From Phoronis australis (Eukaryota > Animalia > Phoronida): DNA of 64,000 nucleotides. A model generated the notes under the pieces. It saw only the letters and a list, made by a program, of their open reading frames with translations. It was not told where the DNA came from and did not search any database. The position numbers were made by a program, and so were the translations under genes. Position 1 is the stretch's first letter. Every line of letters begins with the position of its first letter. This document shows positions 1 to 12,680 of this stretch, piece by piece. The stretch spans positions 62,001 through 126,000 of the forward strand of contig NMRA01000739.1 in the NCBI GenBank assembly GCA_002633005.1, read 5' to 3'.

Positions 1-1168
1 AAAAATGCAGTTTTGGGATCATTGTTGAATGAGATGAATTTGTTGAAGCTATTGGCTTTGAGAGGAGCTATCAAAACTAATCCAGTCTGGTGTCCTCTTT
101 CCCTAAAACTGCTACATAACAGGAAATCTGGCTCAAGAGCATTTCGCTGCACTTATACCTTATTTCTGTAAAATTTCTTTTTTCTCAGAGAATTTCACTT
201 AAAACAACAACTGGTCTTAATTCCACCGGCCCTTTTCTTGAACAGTTTATTGTTTTTTTCTTTTGAACTTCGGCTAAACATCAGTGTATGGATGGCTAGG
301 CTCGTTTCACGAAAACAGGCTAAAACTGAAACAGTTCTGAGGTGGGAATGGGTAACATTCAGTTCAGAGATAAATGAATTAGAGAACGTGCCAGTGTGGT
401 ATCCCATGCACCAAAGACGCAAGCAAATCAAACCTACGGACGATCTCTGAAAGAGCCCCCTCCACAGAAAGAGTCGCCACAGGGTCCTCTTGGAAACAAA
501 GTTCAAAAAAGATACCAAGGCAGATCTTTCAAGATCAATCTTCATGTCTGCCGCATGCGTAAAATGCAATTTTTGGCCCTAGAAATATTTCACAATCATC
601 ACTTGCTAATTGATTAGTCATGCTGACTTATAATAGCAAAGCTGCCAACACAGTGAAAACTTTTTAAATAAAATACACGGCAATTCTCCAATTAATTTCC
701 ACAACACTAATTGTCAAAACTGCCACTGGTTGCCTCAAATAATTGAAATTTTGCTCAATGTTGCTTTATAACATCTACACAGTACAAAGAATTTTTCCTC
801 AAATTTTATGTTTGTGGAGAAATTTCACTTGTCACCATATTGTGTGCTAAATAAGTGAAAATTTACCCATACTTTCAAAGCACACGGGATTGGCTGAATT
901 TTTTAAATAACACACTCGTAGGAGTCTGTAGCTCAGACCACTGAGCTTCAGTGTCTACTCTGTGGCTGTATGAGGGCGCTGCAGTCTGCAAAAATTCCTG
1001 GAAGCTGTACAATATCAGGTGTTCTAAGAAGTTGAAAAGATAACTCACTGGATTCACAATTCGTTAGTCTCTGAATTAAATTTGCTACAAATGCACTTCC
1101 ACACTGATAACCAGTATAAACAGTTTCAAAGTGCTTGACCAATGTCCAGTGCCGCAGATCATCCAAAC

Positions 1169-1287
1169 TCAGGCAGCTGTATTCTCCCTGTACACGTTTT
1201 GCAGCACCTTGTTCTGCTTCAGGTCTTTCTGTCTGGCCTCCAGTGCCCTGTACACCAGCTCAGGGCGGTCGGGGTGGGTGAAGTAGC
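1169..1287 (-). CDS. RIIAD1: RIIa domain-containing protein 1-like, coding exon 4 of 4 ((S)YFTHPDRPELVYRALEARQKDLKQNKVLQNVYRENTAA*)
   Basis: Acceptor ttcttttcag at 1288-1297 (minus strand). Phase 1 joins exon 3 (A|GC = Ser). 'FAAxYFTxP' continues the RIIAD1 motif; TGA at 1169-1171. Confidence 0.88.
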
Positions 1288-2552
1288 CTGAAAAGAAGAA
1301 CTGAAGAAGGTGAAATCCAGACAGACATTGGGACCAATCATTGCACCATTCGCTATTGACAATAGAAAAACAATAGTCAGGGAGGGATTCATTACTTGGC
1401 ATATAATCTCCAACAAAACAGTTTAAGGAAAAACATATTATGACGCCTGGGGCATGTGAAGTAGCAAAGCATTTAAAACGATACGCAATGTCACTTTGAA
1501 AGTTTCAATATGCAATGTTAGAATACCTGTGAAATACACCAACTACACGCACAGGGCTTAATATTTTTGTTCCAAACAGCCACTTGCGAGCAGAATCTGC
1601 ACAAAATTGCATACAAAAAGGCTCATTTTACAGTATTGATGCAATGCTGCAGGATCATTAAAAAAATTTTTACAAAATCATTGCGTAAAACTGAGCCTTT
1701 CACACTGGCAGGCTTCCCAATTGTCATTTACTTTCAAATGGGAGACAGACACTGGTCCATGTATCTTGTAGCACAATGCCCCATTGGTGACAAAGAAAGA
1801 ACCAAAACCATCAAATAGGGAATCATCCAAACGAATTTCAAGTTCAAACATGTGTCGTACAATCATACGTCCACATACCACTAGGTGTGTATGACCAGTT
1901 ATCAGTGTTTTGTGAAAGTATCCATTTCAGTAACGAACAAAAAACAAAGTTTTAATAGTCTTTATTGATGCATACTTTAAGAACTTTTTTGTTGTGAGTT
2001 TTCCATGGAGCTAGGTGGGACCTGAATTGGGGATCCTTTGTGTGCCAGTTGATACACTGTATCTCTTACCACTAGACAACAGTCATCCAGTTACTATTAA
2101 AATGGAGCCAGTGCAAATCCTAGTCGTACCAGATGGAAAAATTAAAGTAGACCACTGACCACCATGAGTGAACCACATACCGGGTTAGTTATTTCAAGAA
2201 TGCTATGACACCTGAAGATGGTCAGATAGATGTCCAAAATGATGTTACATCATCAGTGTACAGATTTTTAGGAAGGCATGGTCCAGAGGGCATGCACCAG
2301 AGTAAATTTCTTGCAAAAGGTATTAGGCAATTTAATTGAACATTTGTAACAATAAAATGGCATTTTGTCAAACTTGAGTCAGAATGTAATGCGTTCTTAT
2401 AGCGCCTAGCTTCAATTTATTTATACATTTAAATGGCAAGGCAAGTTTTCTTGTGTTGTAGTCGAAGGAAATGGAAATTTAGTTGTGGTTTTGTGCAGCT
2501 ACAAAACTGCAAAATTTCCAGACAGTCCAGCATATTTTGAAAACTACTAATA

Positions 2553-3394
2553 CTGTACATGTTGTCAAGTACTGCATGTGTCGTCAAGTACTGCACATGT
2601 CGTCAAGTACTGCACATGTCGTCAAGTAATGCACATGTCGTCAAGTACTGCACCTGCCATCGTGTACTGCACATGTCGTCAAGTACTGCACATGTCNNNN
2701 NNNNNNNNNNNNNNNNNNNNNNNNNNNNNNNNNNNNNNNNNNNNNNNNNNNNNNNNNNNNNNNNNNNNNNNNNNNNNNNNNNNNNNNNNNNNNNNNNNNN
2801 NNNNNNNNNNNNNNNNNNNNNNNNNNNNNNNNNNNNNNNNNNNNNNNNNNNNNNNNNNNNNNNNNNNNNNNNNNNNNNNNNNNNNNNNNNNNNNNNNNNN
2901 NNNNNNNNNNNNNNNNNNNNNNNNNNNNNNNNNNNNNNNNNNNNNNNNNNNNNNNNNNNNNNNNNNNNNNNNNNNNNNNNNNNNNNNNNNNNNNNTAATG
3001 CACATGTCATCAAGTACTGCACATGTCATCAAGTACTGAACAAGTCATCAAGTACTGCACAAGTCGTCAAGTACTGCACACGTTGTCAAGTACTGCACAT
3101 GTCGTCAATTACTGCACATGTCATCAAGTACTGCACATGTCGTCAAGTACTGCACAAGTCATCAAGTACTGCACATAACGTCGAGTACTGCACATGTCGT
3201 CAAGTACTGTACATGTCATCATGTACTGCACATGTTGTCAAGTACTGCACATGTCATCAAGTATTGCACATGTCGTTAAGTACTGCACATGCTGACAAGT
3301 ACTGTATATACTGTCAAGTACTGTATATATTGTCAAGTATATATTGTCAAGTACTGTATATGTATTTTCAAACACTGTATACATTGTCAAGTAC
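2553..3394. repeat. 19-bp tandem minisatellite (CACATGTCGTCAAGTACTG)n in RIIAD1 intron 3, interrupted by an assembly gap
   Basis: Unit visible on both sides of the N run; it degenerates toward 3394. Confidence 0.95.
2697..2995. other. Assembly gap (299 N) inside the minisatellite
   Basis: Run of N. Confidence 0.99.
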
Positions 3395-3398
3395 TCAC

Positions 3399-3445
3399 TT
3401 GCTGCAAACTCTCTGATATTATCTGGCCTTTTTGTAAGGATATCT
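3399..3445 (-). CDS. RIIAD1: RIIAD1-like, coding exon 3 of 4 ((R)DILTKRPDNIREFAA)
   Basis: Acceptor ttatttcag and donor gtgagt; 47 nt, phase 2 to phase 1. Matches the RIIa-type dimerisation/docking motif 'L.KRPDNI.EFAA'. Confidence 0.92.
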
Positions 3446-4896
3446 CTGAAATAAAGAAGACAAGTATATAATGAAACTGACAATATGGTATACTCAGGAG
3501 GCTGTTTAATGGAAGTGACTTAAGACGGAAATGATGCTCCCACTGAACAGTTAAGTGAAAAAAGGTTTAATCAAGTAACCATAACAACCTCACACTCGTG
3601 GCGTAATTTCTAGGAATTATATCAGTAGCCTGCAGATACCTGTAAATTCTCATAGACCATACACTTTTGCTCAAAAATCAGATTTTATCAGTTTTCCAAA
3701 ATAGTTGTGTGGAGCATAAGACCTAATTTCTGACTGGTTAAACATTGAAAAAGATAAAGTATATAAATATCTGAAAGAAATAACTTGCTTATCGAAACTG
3801 TATATATCCACTACAGTACAGTACCGGTAGGATAGAAAATTAGAATACTTGAAATCAATAAATTGTTAATGAATGAAAATATCTTTGCATTCCCAGTTCA
3901 AAAATATAGATAAGATAAAAGACCCAAAAAGCGTAATTTGTTCAGGTAATTGTTTTTTTTTTGAAAACTGAGTCTGTGGTGTGGTATTTTTTCAATTAAT
4001 TTTCAAGAAAATAAAAATCTCTCAAGACGAGTAGAAATTGAAGTGGGATCCGATTTGTTCACTATCGCTTGGTGAATCACATTTGAAACATTATGCAGCT
4101 TTTCAAACTTGATGCGAGCAAGCATATTCTTTTGATTGGTGACTGCAGCCTCAAAATAAGTCAGGGTAGGAACAGTACATTTGAACTCTCAAAGTGGACC
4201 TTTTACTGGAAATATTGTTGAAAAAAGCACTCTATCGTAGGAAAATTTGTCAGAAAGGCATCCTTGAAGAGGAAAATTGGTCGTGACAAATCACTCTTTT
4301 GGGTGGTATATCCTGTGTACCTCTTCTGTGGGAGTACCTCTCTTAAACTAAGACAATTTAATATTCTGATAAATCACTGTAACACTGCCGGTTGACCCTT
4401 AAGTAACACACGATACATGTAAGTCATAAGTCAACACTCCAACAATCAAAAATGTACTCTTATTGTCAGTGTTGCTAACAGATAGTGTTCAGAAGGGAAG
4501 GCACTCGGGTTTTATCTGACTTTCAAGTTGAAAGGTTAAGTCAGGTGGAATGTCAACAGAGGCTTTCAATTCTATACTACAATCACCCCCACCCCCCCCN
4601 TCCATGGAGTACCTGAGATGACAAGGACATAGATTAATCGTGAATTGTGTAGGAAGCCTAAACTAAAGCTCTACACCACTCACTAAGACTTCAGACTATG
4701 TTGAGATATATGCAATCAGGGCCCTAACTCACCTGAAGAGAAAGGTGCTCATGCCTTCCAAAAGGGTAAGTTTTGGTTTAAGGGAATTCGCCACCACTTT
4801 CAACCCCGGTTGCAACCCTCCACTGGCAATGCCTCAAGCACGCAACCCCAATGTTTTGCAGAAGTGATTCTAACCATGACAGGAATGACTGGGGAG

Positions 4897-5174
4897 CATG
4901 CTTGCACCCAGCCTAAAATATAAGGGGGCTTGAATTTTTCAGTATGTGGACCTTTCACTGAAAAAAATGGGAGCTAAGGAAAGGGGACTAAAAATGAAAA
5001 AAACGGGGTACTACATTTAGACCTATGGATTGTGCATTCACACCGAATTCCTGTGGACTTTTGTCTCGTTTTCTAGGACTTTTTGCTTTTCTGAGGCGGA
5101 CCTTTTTGTAGATTTCGCCAAATGGGGGGATAGTTCGAGCCCCCAAACCCCCCCCCTCCCCGGGTGCACGCATG
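4897..5174 (+). mobile_element. MITE family A copy (about 280 bp; CATGCGCGCACCC-type terminal inverted repeats)
   Basis: Ends catgcttgcacccag ... cgggtgcacgcatg. Interior is shared with copies at 17809, 22225, 24530 and 36298. Confidence 0.85.
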
Positions 5175-5344
5175 CTGGAGGGGAAATTTTGTGATCTGTT
5201 TCGGTAAATTTTGCATGATTTTGAAATATTTTTTGTAGGGGAATGAAGCCGATATTCTTCCTTAATCACTAACACCAATTAAAAACCAATCAAAGACTGA
5301 TTGCGTAGACGCAGCTTTAGTTTAAATGGCCCCTTAGGGCTCAC

Positions 5345-5421
5345 CTTAAGAATTCGTTGAGTAAGCATTCCACCTCGGGATGCTCACGTAGGTAAGCCTC
5401 ATTCTCAAGGCGGGTTTTTAT
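5345..5421 (-). CDS. RIIAD1: RIIAD1-like, coding exon 2 of 4 (IKTRLENEAYLREHPEVECLLNEFL)
   Basis: Acceptor tgtttgcag and donor gtgagc; 77 nt, phase 0 to phase 2. 'KI.TR..NE.YLR.HPEVE.L...FL' is the RIIAD1 signature. Confidence 0.92.
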
Positions 5422-6210
5422 CTGCAAACAAAAGATTGAAACATGTGATACGCATCAACACGTCATTGTATCCTCTTTAACAGTCATATAGCATTGCTAC
5501 TTACTATCACAAAAAATAATTAAGTCACAGGTAACATATAGAGCCTCTGCTCGCTAGCTACAGTAGGGGTTACAATACTCCCCATCTCGTTCTGTACTAA
5601 TCTCATCCCATGTACTTTATATGGGCGATAGTCCAAATACGGTCACCAAATTAGAGATTTGAAGTTCATCAAAAGTATGTTTTACACTAAAAAATGTTAC
5701 TTTAAAAAGCTCCTACTTTCTCCAGTGATCCCTTCTGGTTCTATACATATTATCAATGAAACATGTCTACAAGATGACTTTAGAAGAAGAATTTCAACTC
5801 CACTTTTTTATCACCATTAGCTTTTTTCACAATGTGCGATAACCACAAAGTATTTCAACTGGCATCAACTGAATTAGAAAGCAACAAGCGCTAAACTGAG
5901 TGAAGTGCGTGGCCTTGACAGTCATGTCAGTCATGACTCATTGTGTGTAAATATTATCCACTGCGTATATATGTTTCATTCAATGTTATTTGCATTTTGA
6001 ATGGAGGTAGACTATTGCCCATGTACGCTTGCAACGTACGGGTTGAAGCAGTTGCCAGTATAAGGACAGGTTCACTTGTTATCGTTTGAGTCGTTAAACG
6101 TTAGTATTCAATTCAATACAACAGTTGAAGACAATTGAGCTGGACATAACCCGCACCAGTTATCTGGTGCAGTGGATTATACTTGAGCCCTTCTAAGCTT
6201 TCACACTCAC

Positions 6211-6327
6211 TTTGAATTTGTTGAGTTTCTCTTGCTGCTCCTCACTCAAGGCACCGAGATTATTGTCACCTTTTAAATCATAGTTTTCCATCCCCGCTGG
6301 GGGATCTTGTTTTGGTATATCCGCCAT
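6211..6327 (-). CDS. RIIAD1: RIIAD1-like, coding exon 1 of 4 (MADIPKQDPPAGMENYDLKGDNNLGALSEEQQEKLNKFK); spliced product 119 aa
   Basis: ATG in good context (aatATGg) at 6327, 39 codons, donor gtgagt. 'GALS.EQQ.KL..FK' motif; all four exons splice in frame. Confidence 0.9.
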
Positions 6328-8345
6328 ATTGAATTCTCCAAGACGATACGGAGATAAACGAAAGTCTCCGAGTAATGTATGGTGCTGACGTCTATTGTTT
6401 AGGTACGAACTATTTTTGATTCAGTTGAATGCGGTACTGGAGCTCCAGTCGCTTGGGTCCAGGCTTGCCCTGCGTTGTGTTTCGGAGTGGCATAAACTGC
6501 GTTTGCTTGCGGAAATTCTCGTTTAAGACAGCGGTATTTTCTAAAAAAAAAAAACATTTACACTGACAAAGAATCCACAAAGAAAAACCAAGACTATGAG
6601 GTGGCCAAATCAATTTTCTTTCTTTATTATAATAACCTATTGCTGTCCATTTTGAGCTAAACTTGAGGCGACGTGGTTTAAGAGCGGAAAACATCGTTTT
6701 AGCCCCATCCATAAATTATCAGAGTCTATCATTCGACTGAGCCTCTCGCGATCTCGACAAGTACTAGTCCGACTCCGGTCAGTATTAGTAAGGGTCCACT
6801 CAAGCTACGGGGTGTGGAGTGAACGTGGCATGAACTGGGTCGAGTAAGCTCTACTATAGGCTACATGTTCCAGTGCTTCCCCGGTTGGGTTATCTCTAGT
6901 CACTGAGTGGCAGGTGCATTCAACTTGCCACAGCTCTCAGGGATCTTGCCATTTGCCATCGGACTGTTTCGATGATGTCAGTGGCATTCGGAATGACAAA
7001 ACTCTGAAGTAAAGAGAACTTTTTCTCCCGCAAGTCTACCGATTAATGGGTTTTTCTAGTTCGCTCGCTACCTAAACTTCCAATTGCCTGTTATGTTACA
7101 TGGTGATGAGAGCACGCGGCTTGAAACGCTGGACGTGACACCTATGGTCTACCCGCAGGTGGGTCCATTACACCACCTGTGGTGATCCCGCACTGCACTG
7201 TCCCTTTATTGTGCTGCAATAGATTTTACTCCGTGACTAGGTTGCACAACAGGTTTTGGAAGTATGTGCTGGATATGTTTGAAGGCAACACGACGCGTAA
7301 CACAACGGGTGTTATTTTGCTGTATAGAGTCACGAGTCAACATTTGGGCAGCGGGCATACCAGGCTCCTATTGAAAACGTAGGCCTACTAACTTTCACGA
7401 CTTGTTTTACATATGACTGAACTCTGAACGGAGACTTACGACCAGTCAAAAGTTTTGGCGACGGTAAGTCTCAACGGTTTCTGAGTCGTAAACAGATTGC
7501 AACCGGCCTAGCTGTGGCGCGTACACGCGTTTGCCCGTATAAATGCCGCTAGATCACTGAGAGTAAACGCACTCAGACACCGACCAAAACGTTTTAGTGC
7601 CTGTGCCCGGCGGATCTTCCGGTTTGCAAAGTAGGGGACCTATCACAATTTTGAAGGACAGATCTACGGTACCTGTCCACGAGTCAAACGGCATATGTCG
7701 GTGGCTTAGTAGTATTCGACGTTTCCATAATTTTTCGTAAACGTATAAACTACTTTGCACGTCTTTCAATCCGATGATTCCGCTGTTCCGGCAGTTTCAA
7801 CATGCAAAAGTACTCGGAAATCCAGTTTTATTAAAAATTCAATTTGCTCTGTGCAAAGCAAAAACTGAAAGTCCGAGTTTTGTTCAAAAGGCAATTTTCA
7901 ATATGCAGAACGAAAACTTGAAATCCAAATTTTGATTAGTAGTAATCTAAAATTTTCATATTAAAACTTCGACCGTAATAATTCTTGTTAATTTTTCGTT
8001 TTTTAGAGACTGTCTTCGGTTTCATGGAATATTCTGTCTTGAATCACTGGATTTCCTTCATTCAATACTATATGATATGCAAACGAAACCTGATTTGTGG
8101 TCCGTTTTTCCTTCGAACTTTTGTTTCCAATGTAAGAAAGGCCGAAATCCGATTTTCTTCTAAAACTCAGTATATCCATTACCCAAAATGCAACTCAACC
8201 ATTTTCAAAATCGATGTTGGTGATTACAATTCAATTTCAGTTCACTAGCTCTGTGTTCTCTAACCCAAATTTAAAATCCAATATTGGATTCATGGTCGTA
8301 AGGTGTGGTTTTATGGACGATAGACGGTCGAACATTTAGTGCTCC

Positions 8346-9345
8346 TTGTGACGGGAACATGAACCAACTTCGCAGAAAATGGTTTCACCCTTGGCGACGA
8401 TAACGAAACACAGGTCAGGAGGAGTTGCTGCCCCGAGATCGCTTGAATGTAAGCATTTTTGCGCAGTTGTAACACAAATTAGGCATTCACACAACGCCAT
8501 TAGGCCGGGGAGAATTAAAAAATTGACCATATCATCTTTGCATTCCAATGCATTGTCTAATACCAGGTCGATTGAATTTGTTGATCGTTGGGCATCAACG
8601 CTTTTAGTTCAAGACGCCCAAAGTATAACTAGCCGTTATTGAAACAGCGGTGGTCATGTTACTCAACGCCGAAAACAAAGGCAGGTAATTTTGCAATCAA
8701 GTCAACTACGACAGCACAAAAGAAAACGGGAGACAAACGTGGGAGACAAGAAAGTTGCCTTAATCAGCCACAGAAAATTAGCTGCAAACTATCGAATTCC
8801 GTAAAGACTCGTTGCCGCGACAAAAGAGAGACATAGGTAGGAAANTTGTGACGGGAACATGAACCAACTTTGCAGAAAATGGTTTCACCCTTGGCGACGA
8901 TAACGAAACACAGGTCAGGAGGAGTTGCTGCCCCGAGATCGCTTGAATGTAAGCATTTTTTGCGCAGTTGTAACACAAATTAGGCATTCACACAACGCCA
9001 TTAGGCCGGGGAGAATTAAAAAATTGACCATATCATCTTTGCATTCCAATGCATTGTCTAATACCAGGTTGATTGAATTTGTTGATCGTTGGGCATCAAC
9101 GCTTTTAGTTCAAGACGCCCAAAGTATAACTAGCCGTTATTGAAACAGCGGTGGTCATGTTACTCAACGCCGAAAACAAAGGCAGGTAATTTTGCAATCA
9201 AGTCAACTACGACAGCACAAAAGAAAACGGGAGACAAACGTGGGAGACAAGAAAGTTGCCTTAATCAGCCACAGAAAATTAGCTGCAAACTATCGAATTC
9301 CGTAAAGACTCGTTGCCGCGACAAAAGAGAGACATAGGTAGGAAA
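8346..9345. repeat. Near-identical 499/500-bp direct tandem duplication joined by a single N (probable allelic/assembly artefact)
   Basis: 8346-8844 versus 8846-9345 differ by about 2 substitutions and a 1-nt homopolymer indel; N at 8845 lies exactly at the junction. Confidence 0.9.
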
Positions 9346-9883
9346 ACATCGTCCCCGTTTTTCCATTGTTGAAAGCGGAGACGCAATGTCTGCTATATAG
9401 TGTAATTGCCGAGGTTGTTTGCGGGCACCATTTTCTATTGGATTGGAAGGAATACTTGTATACGGTGAACATTCTGTAAAATATATTTCATCGTCAAAAA
9501 TACATGTACTCGATTTGGCTACATCAGACTATGCACATCCGGCTGACTCTGATCCAATCACGAAAATAATTTATTGGGAAAAATAACTCTGCTTACCTCG
9601 GACAACTTATTTGAGCAGCTAGTTTCTCAGTTCAATCTTTAAATCCTTTTTGCCCTAGAAGCCATTTCGGTAATTCCAATTATTTAGCACAAAATATGCT
9701 GGACACTGGATATTTTATTTTCTTAACGTTAGCTTAGTTTGCACACTGTAGGGAGTGTATCAAAGTCCTCATTCAAAATCAGATCTCCGTGTCGGATTCT
9801 CAAGTGAAATTGCGAGTTTGTCGACATAATCACTCAGTGAGTGTTCCTTAGTACTCTCTCAGTAGAAGTGGGAGCATTTTGCA

Positions 9884-9897
9884 GTTGCCATGGAAAC
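9884..9897. promoter_or_regulatory. RFX X-box motif GTTGCCATGGAAAC
   Basis: 13/14 match to the palindromic X-box GTTGCCATGGCAAC, 3.6 kb upstream of the cilia-associated RIIAD1-like gene. Function is inferred. Confidence 0.55.
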
Positions 9898-10383
9898 ATT
9901 CGATTGAGCATGATGCGTGTGGCTTTATGTTGTCTTGGGTTCATAATTTGTCAGAAAAAACTTGTTGTTTGAGGTGAAGCATAATCTTATACAGTTACAT
10001 ATATGGAGAATTCTGTACCCGCCTATTTTAATCAGAGAAACATGTATGCAAACTTAAATTAGTTAACAGTTTCGTATTTTGGTGTTTTTAGAGTCATCGT
10101 TTTATCTCTTGTTCAATTCTAAATTTTCGAACTCGTCTGTAGTAACGCCTGCCTGTGGGCATATTTTTGACTATGTTATCCTAGTCTGCGTGTGTGCGCA
10201 AAGCGCTCCAAAAACGAACTTGTTAACCAATGACGCCTGTACTTATCTCATTAGAGTACATACTTATTTCCCGTTGGTTGATGGTAAAATCGGATGCTGC
10301 CCAATTCGGACATGCGCCTACCATAGACAACCCCTGTAGCATATGAACGAAGACGAGTGCACATCGAAAGACCGAAGGGTATT

Positions 10384-10830
10384 TAGGACCCTAGAAAAAT
10401 GTCCAATTTTGGACAGAAACGGATTTACGCGAAACTTTCAGGTACTGGCTTTATGCATTGTTCTTAAAATGCTGTTAGGAATTGTTCTTAAAATGTTCCA
10501 CGCTTGCGTTAGGGGCTTAAAAATAGGACTTACATGATTTTTAGGAAAAAATAAATTGCATAAAACGAAAACGAAACCATAATTTAGAAAATTGTAACAA
10601 GGTTTTTGAGATTTCATCTTGAACATTTATAGCATAAGAAATTTGCTTATGTTATGGATGCTGTTATTTTGCTAAATTTTACTTAAAAAACTGGTCCCGT
10701 GACCTAATTAATGGCAGATTGGTATAAAGTCCAAATCAAATTCAACGGAAATCATACTTTCAGAAAATATGCCCTGTTGCTGAGTTAAATTCTATGGTTT
10801 TGTAGATATTTGGCTAAGTATTGTACAGTC
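10384..10830 (+). repeat. Old dispersed repeat family C fragment
   Basis: Shares blocks (taggaccctagaaaaatgtc, gagatttcatcttgaa, gatatttggctaa) with 39080-39590, 56560-57030 (inverted), 57400-57550, 37190-37245 (inverted) and 60218-60250. Confidence 0.65.
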
Positions 10831-11160
10831 TTGTCGAACTGGCCACTGCAGCAATCACGTATACTAATTGCAAAGTAAACGTTATAACATCCGTTTACGA
10901 CCACACTGTGCTATTTGCGAGGAACTCATTATCACAAGTGAATAACAATGCATAGGTAAAACTATACAAACCTAACTTTCTACCGTCAAAATAGTTAGAC
11001 GCCTCCCATACATAACCGTCAATACTTCTTTCTAATTGGTCTGCTAAAACTACATGTATGTATTTTTGTAAATTTTCAGTTAAAAATGTCTGTATCATGC
11101 TTTTCGAAACACCAACGTGAGAGTGACTATGGTGACTGATATGAAAAAGGGTTATTACAT

Positions 11161-11183
11161 TATATATGTGTGTGTGCGCGCGC

Positions 11184-11244
<61 letters not shown>
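11161..11244. repeat. Compound microsatellite (TA)3(TG)5(CG)11(TG)23
   Basis: Read directly from sequence. Confidence 0.97.
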
Positions 11245-11245
<1 letters not shown>

Positions 11246-11336
11246 TATAATTACCCGCTCAGATGTTACTTTAACTGGATGTATTCAAATATTTATCTAT
11301 GAAGACAAAGTACGTTTTCAACAGCAGAGAAAATTG

Positions 11337-12680
11337 AGAGGTTTCACAAAGCGACGTGAACGTGAATTATCGAGCATTTTAATACCGCGTCATATATGCC
11401 ATTGTTGGCTGTGACGTAATCTCGGAAATGTTTGAGTATTTTACGCGAATACGAAGAGATTCGCGTCGCTTTAAACGCGAAACTTGTGACCCTTTTCAAT
11501 TGTTATTTTGTAAGACATCGAAATGTTTTTTTATTTTGATAGGGTTCTCAATCTTTCATTTTTGCTTCAATGTAAAATTAAATTCCTTGTCTATAAATGT
11601 TCTTAAATTAAGTTACAGGGAAGCACTTTTCCAAAGTCCTTATTCTGCCGCGGTTCTCTGGATATCATCGAACTAGAATGGATTTTTAAGAGATATATTT
11701 TATTTTGTAATTTTTTTACATGATTAGTTTATATGCATCTACTGTATTTATTTTCAATTGCAACTAATTTTGCAATCTAACAGTTGACCATATTTTGCAG
11801 AAGTTCGCAGAAACGATTGTCTTCCCATTCAACATATATATCTATCCTGCACATCTGTATCAGAACGTAATACACTAAAATGCATTAAATTAAATTTAAC
11901 ATGTTTCATTCAAGACTTTGTAAAACGTCACAATTCTCCATGTAAGCAATACAACCAATAAATCATAGCGTAGGTAACCGCTTCGCCATTTACTAACCTA
12001 AAAGCTAAAGAGTAGACTCTGGAAAAAATAAACAGCAATCGGAAGCTTTCATCCTTTCGTGTCAGGGTTTAGTTTTTGAGTTCGTCTTGGAAATTGGCTC
12101 AATATTCTTCAAGCGACTGTGCGGATAGACCAAGTTATCTAGATGTTTGATTTCCATATCTCTATACAAATGTGACAGTTCATATTTTAGTTGTGATGAG
12201 GGGTTAACATTATTTTTATATTCACAGACAGCAATTTCGCTCTAAACACGTGATGTGCGGTCCCAACTGACACACACCACTCTGCATATTAACTTTCACA
12301 AAAATATAACCTGACGCAGAGCTGAAAATACGAGAGCAAGAGATGAAACTGGAACCAAGAAGGAAAGAGAAGAGGGCTTGCTGTAGAACAGGCAAAAACT
12401 AACTAAAATTTAACTAAATTGAATTGACTGTTGTGTAAGATGTTATGAGAACAAAATAAGAGAAGTTGTACTGGCAGTGTGACTTAAATTTTATGTAAGC
12501 TAGCAGACATGTACCACGATAACTGGACACTCTGAGCTCAGTTATTCAGTTCACGTTTACTTTCACGTTCACGTAAACATTTAGCTGTTGCGAAACGCAT
12601 TTTTGTTACTGTGACGTGAATCGGCACGTGCAATTAAGTATATGTGATGATTCACGTTCACGTAGCTTTCCGAAACCTCT
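11337..12680. mobile_element. Non-autonomous TIR element, about 1.34 kb, PIF/Harbinger-like
   Basis: Left end agaggtttcacaaagcgacgtgaacgtgaattatc is an imperfect inverted repeat of right end gatgattcacgttcacgtagctttccgaaacctct. Flanks ttg / tta resemble a TTA target duplication. No ORF inside; superfamily is inference. Confidence 0.65.

Noticed and set aside
195-617. Short ORFs at the window start as an exon of a neighbouring gene
   Set aside because: No recognisable domain or consistent splice frame; cannot be excluded without upstream sequence.
2014-2080. tRNA-like segments (also about 7080-7180 and 12915-13025)
   Set aside because: Only partial A/B-box resemblance and no foldable cloverleaf; at most decayed SINE heads, not tRNA genes.
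2559-3416. Cys/His-rich repetitive ORFs, or a CRISPR-like array
   Set aside because: These are translations of a 19-bp minisatellite across an N gap. Units are contiguous with no spacers, in a eukaryotic intron.
8346-9345. 500-bp tandem duplication with duplicated short ORFs as a real duplication or LTR pair
   Set aside because: A single N sits exactly at the junction and the copies differ at about 3 positions, typical of two haplotypes or overlapping contigs placed in tandem. The ORFs have no recognisable homology.
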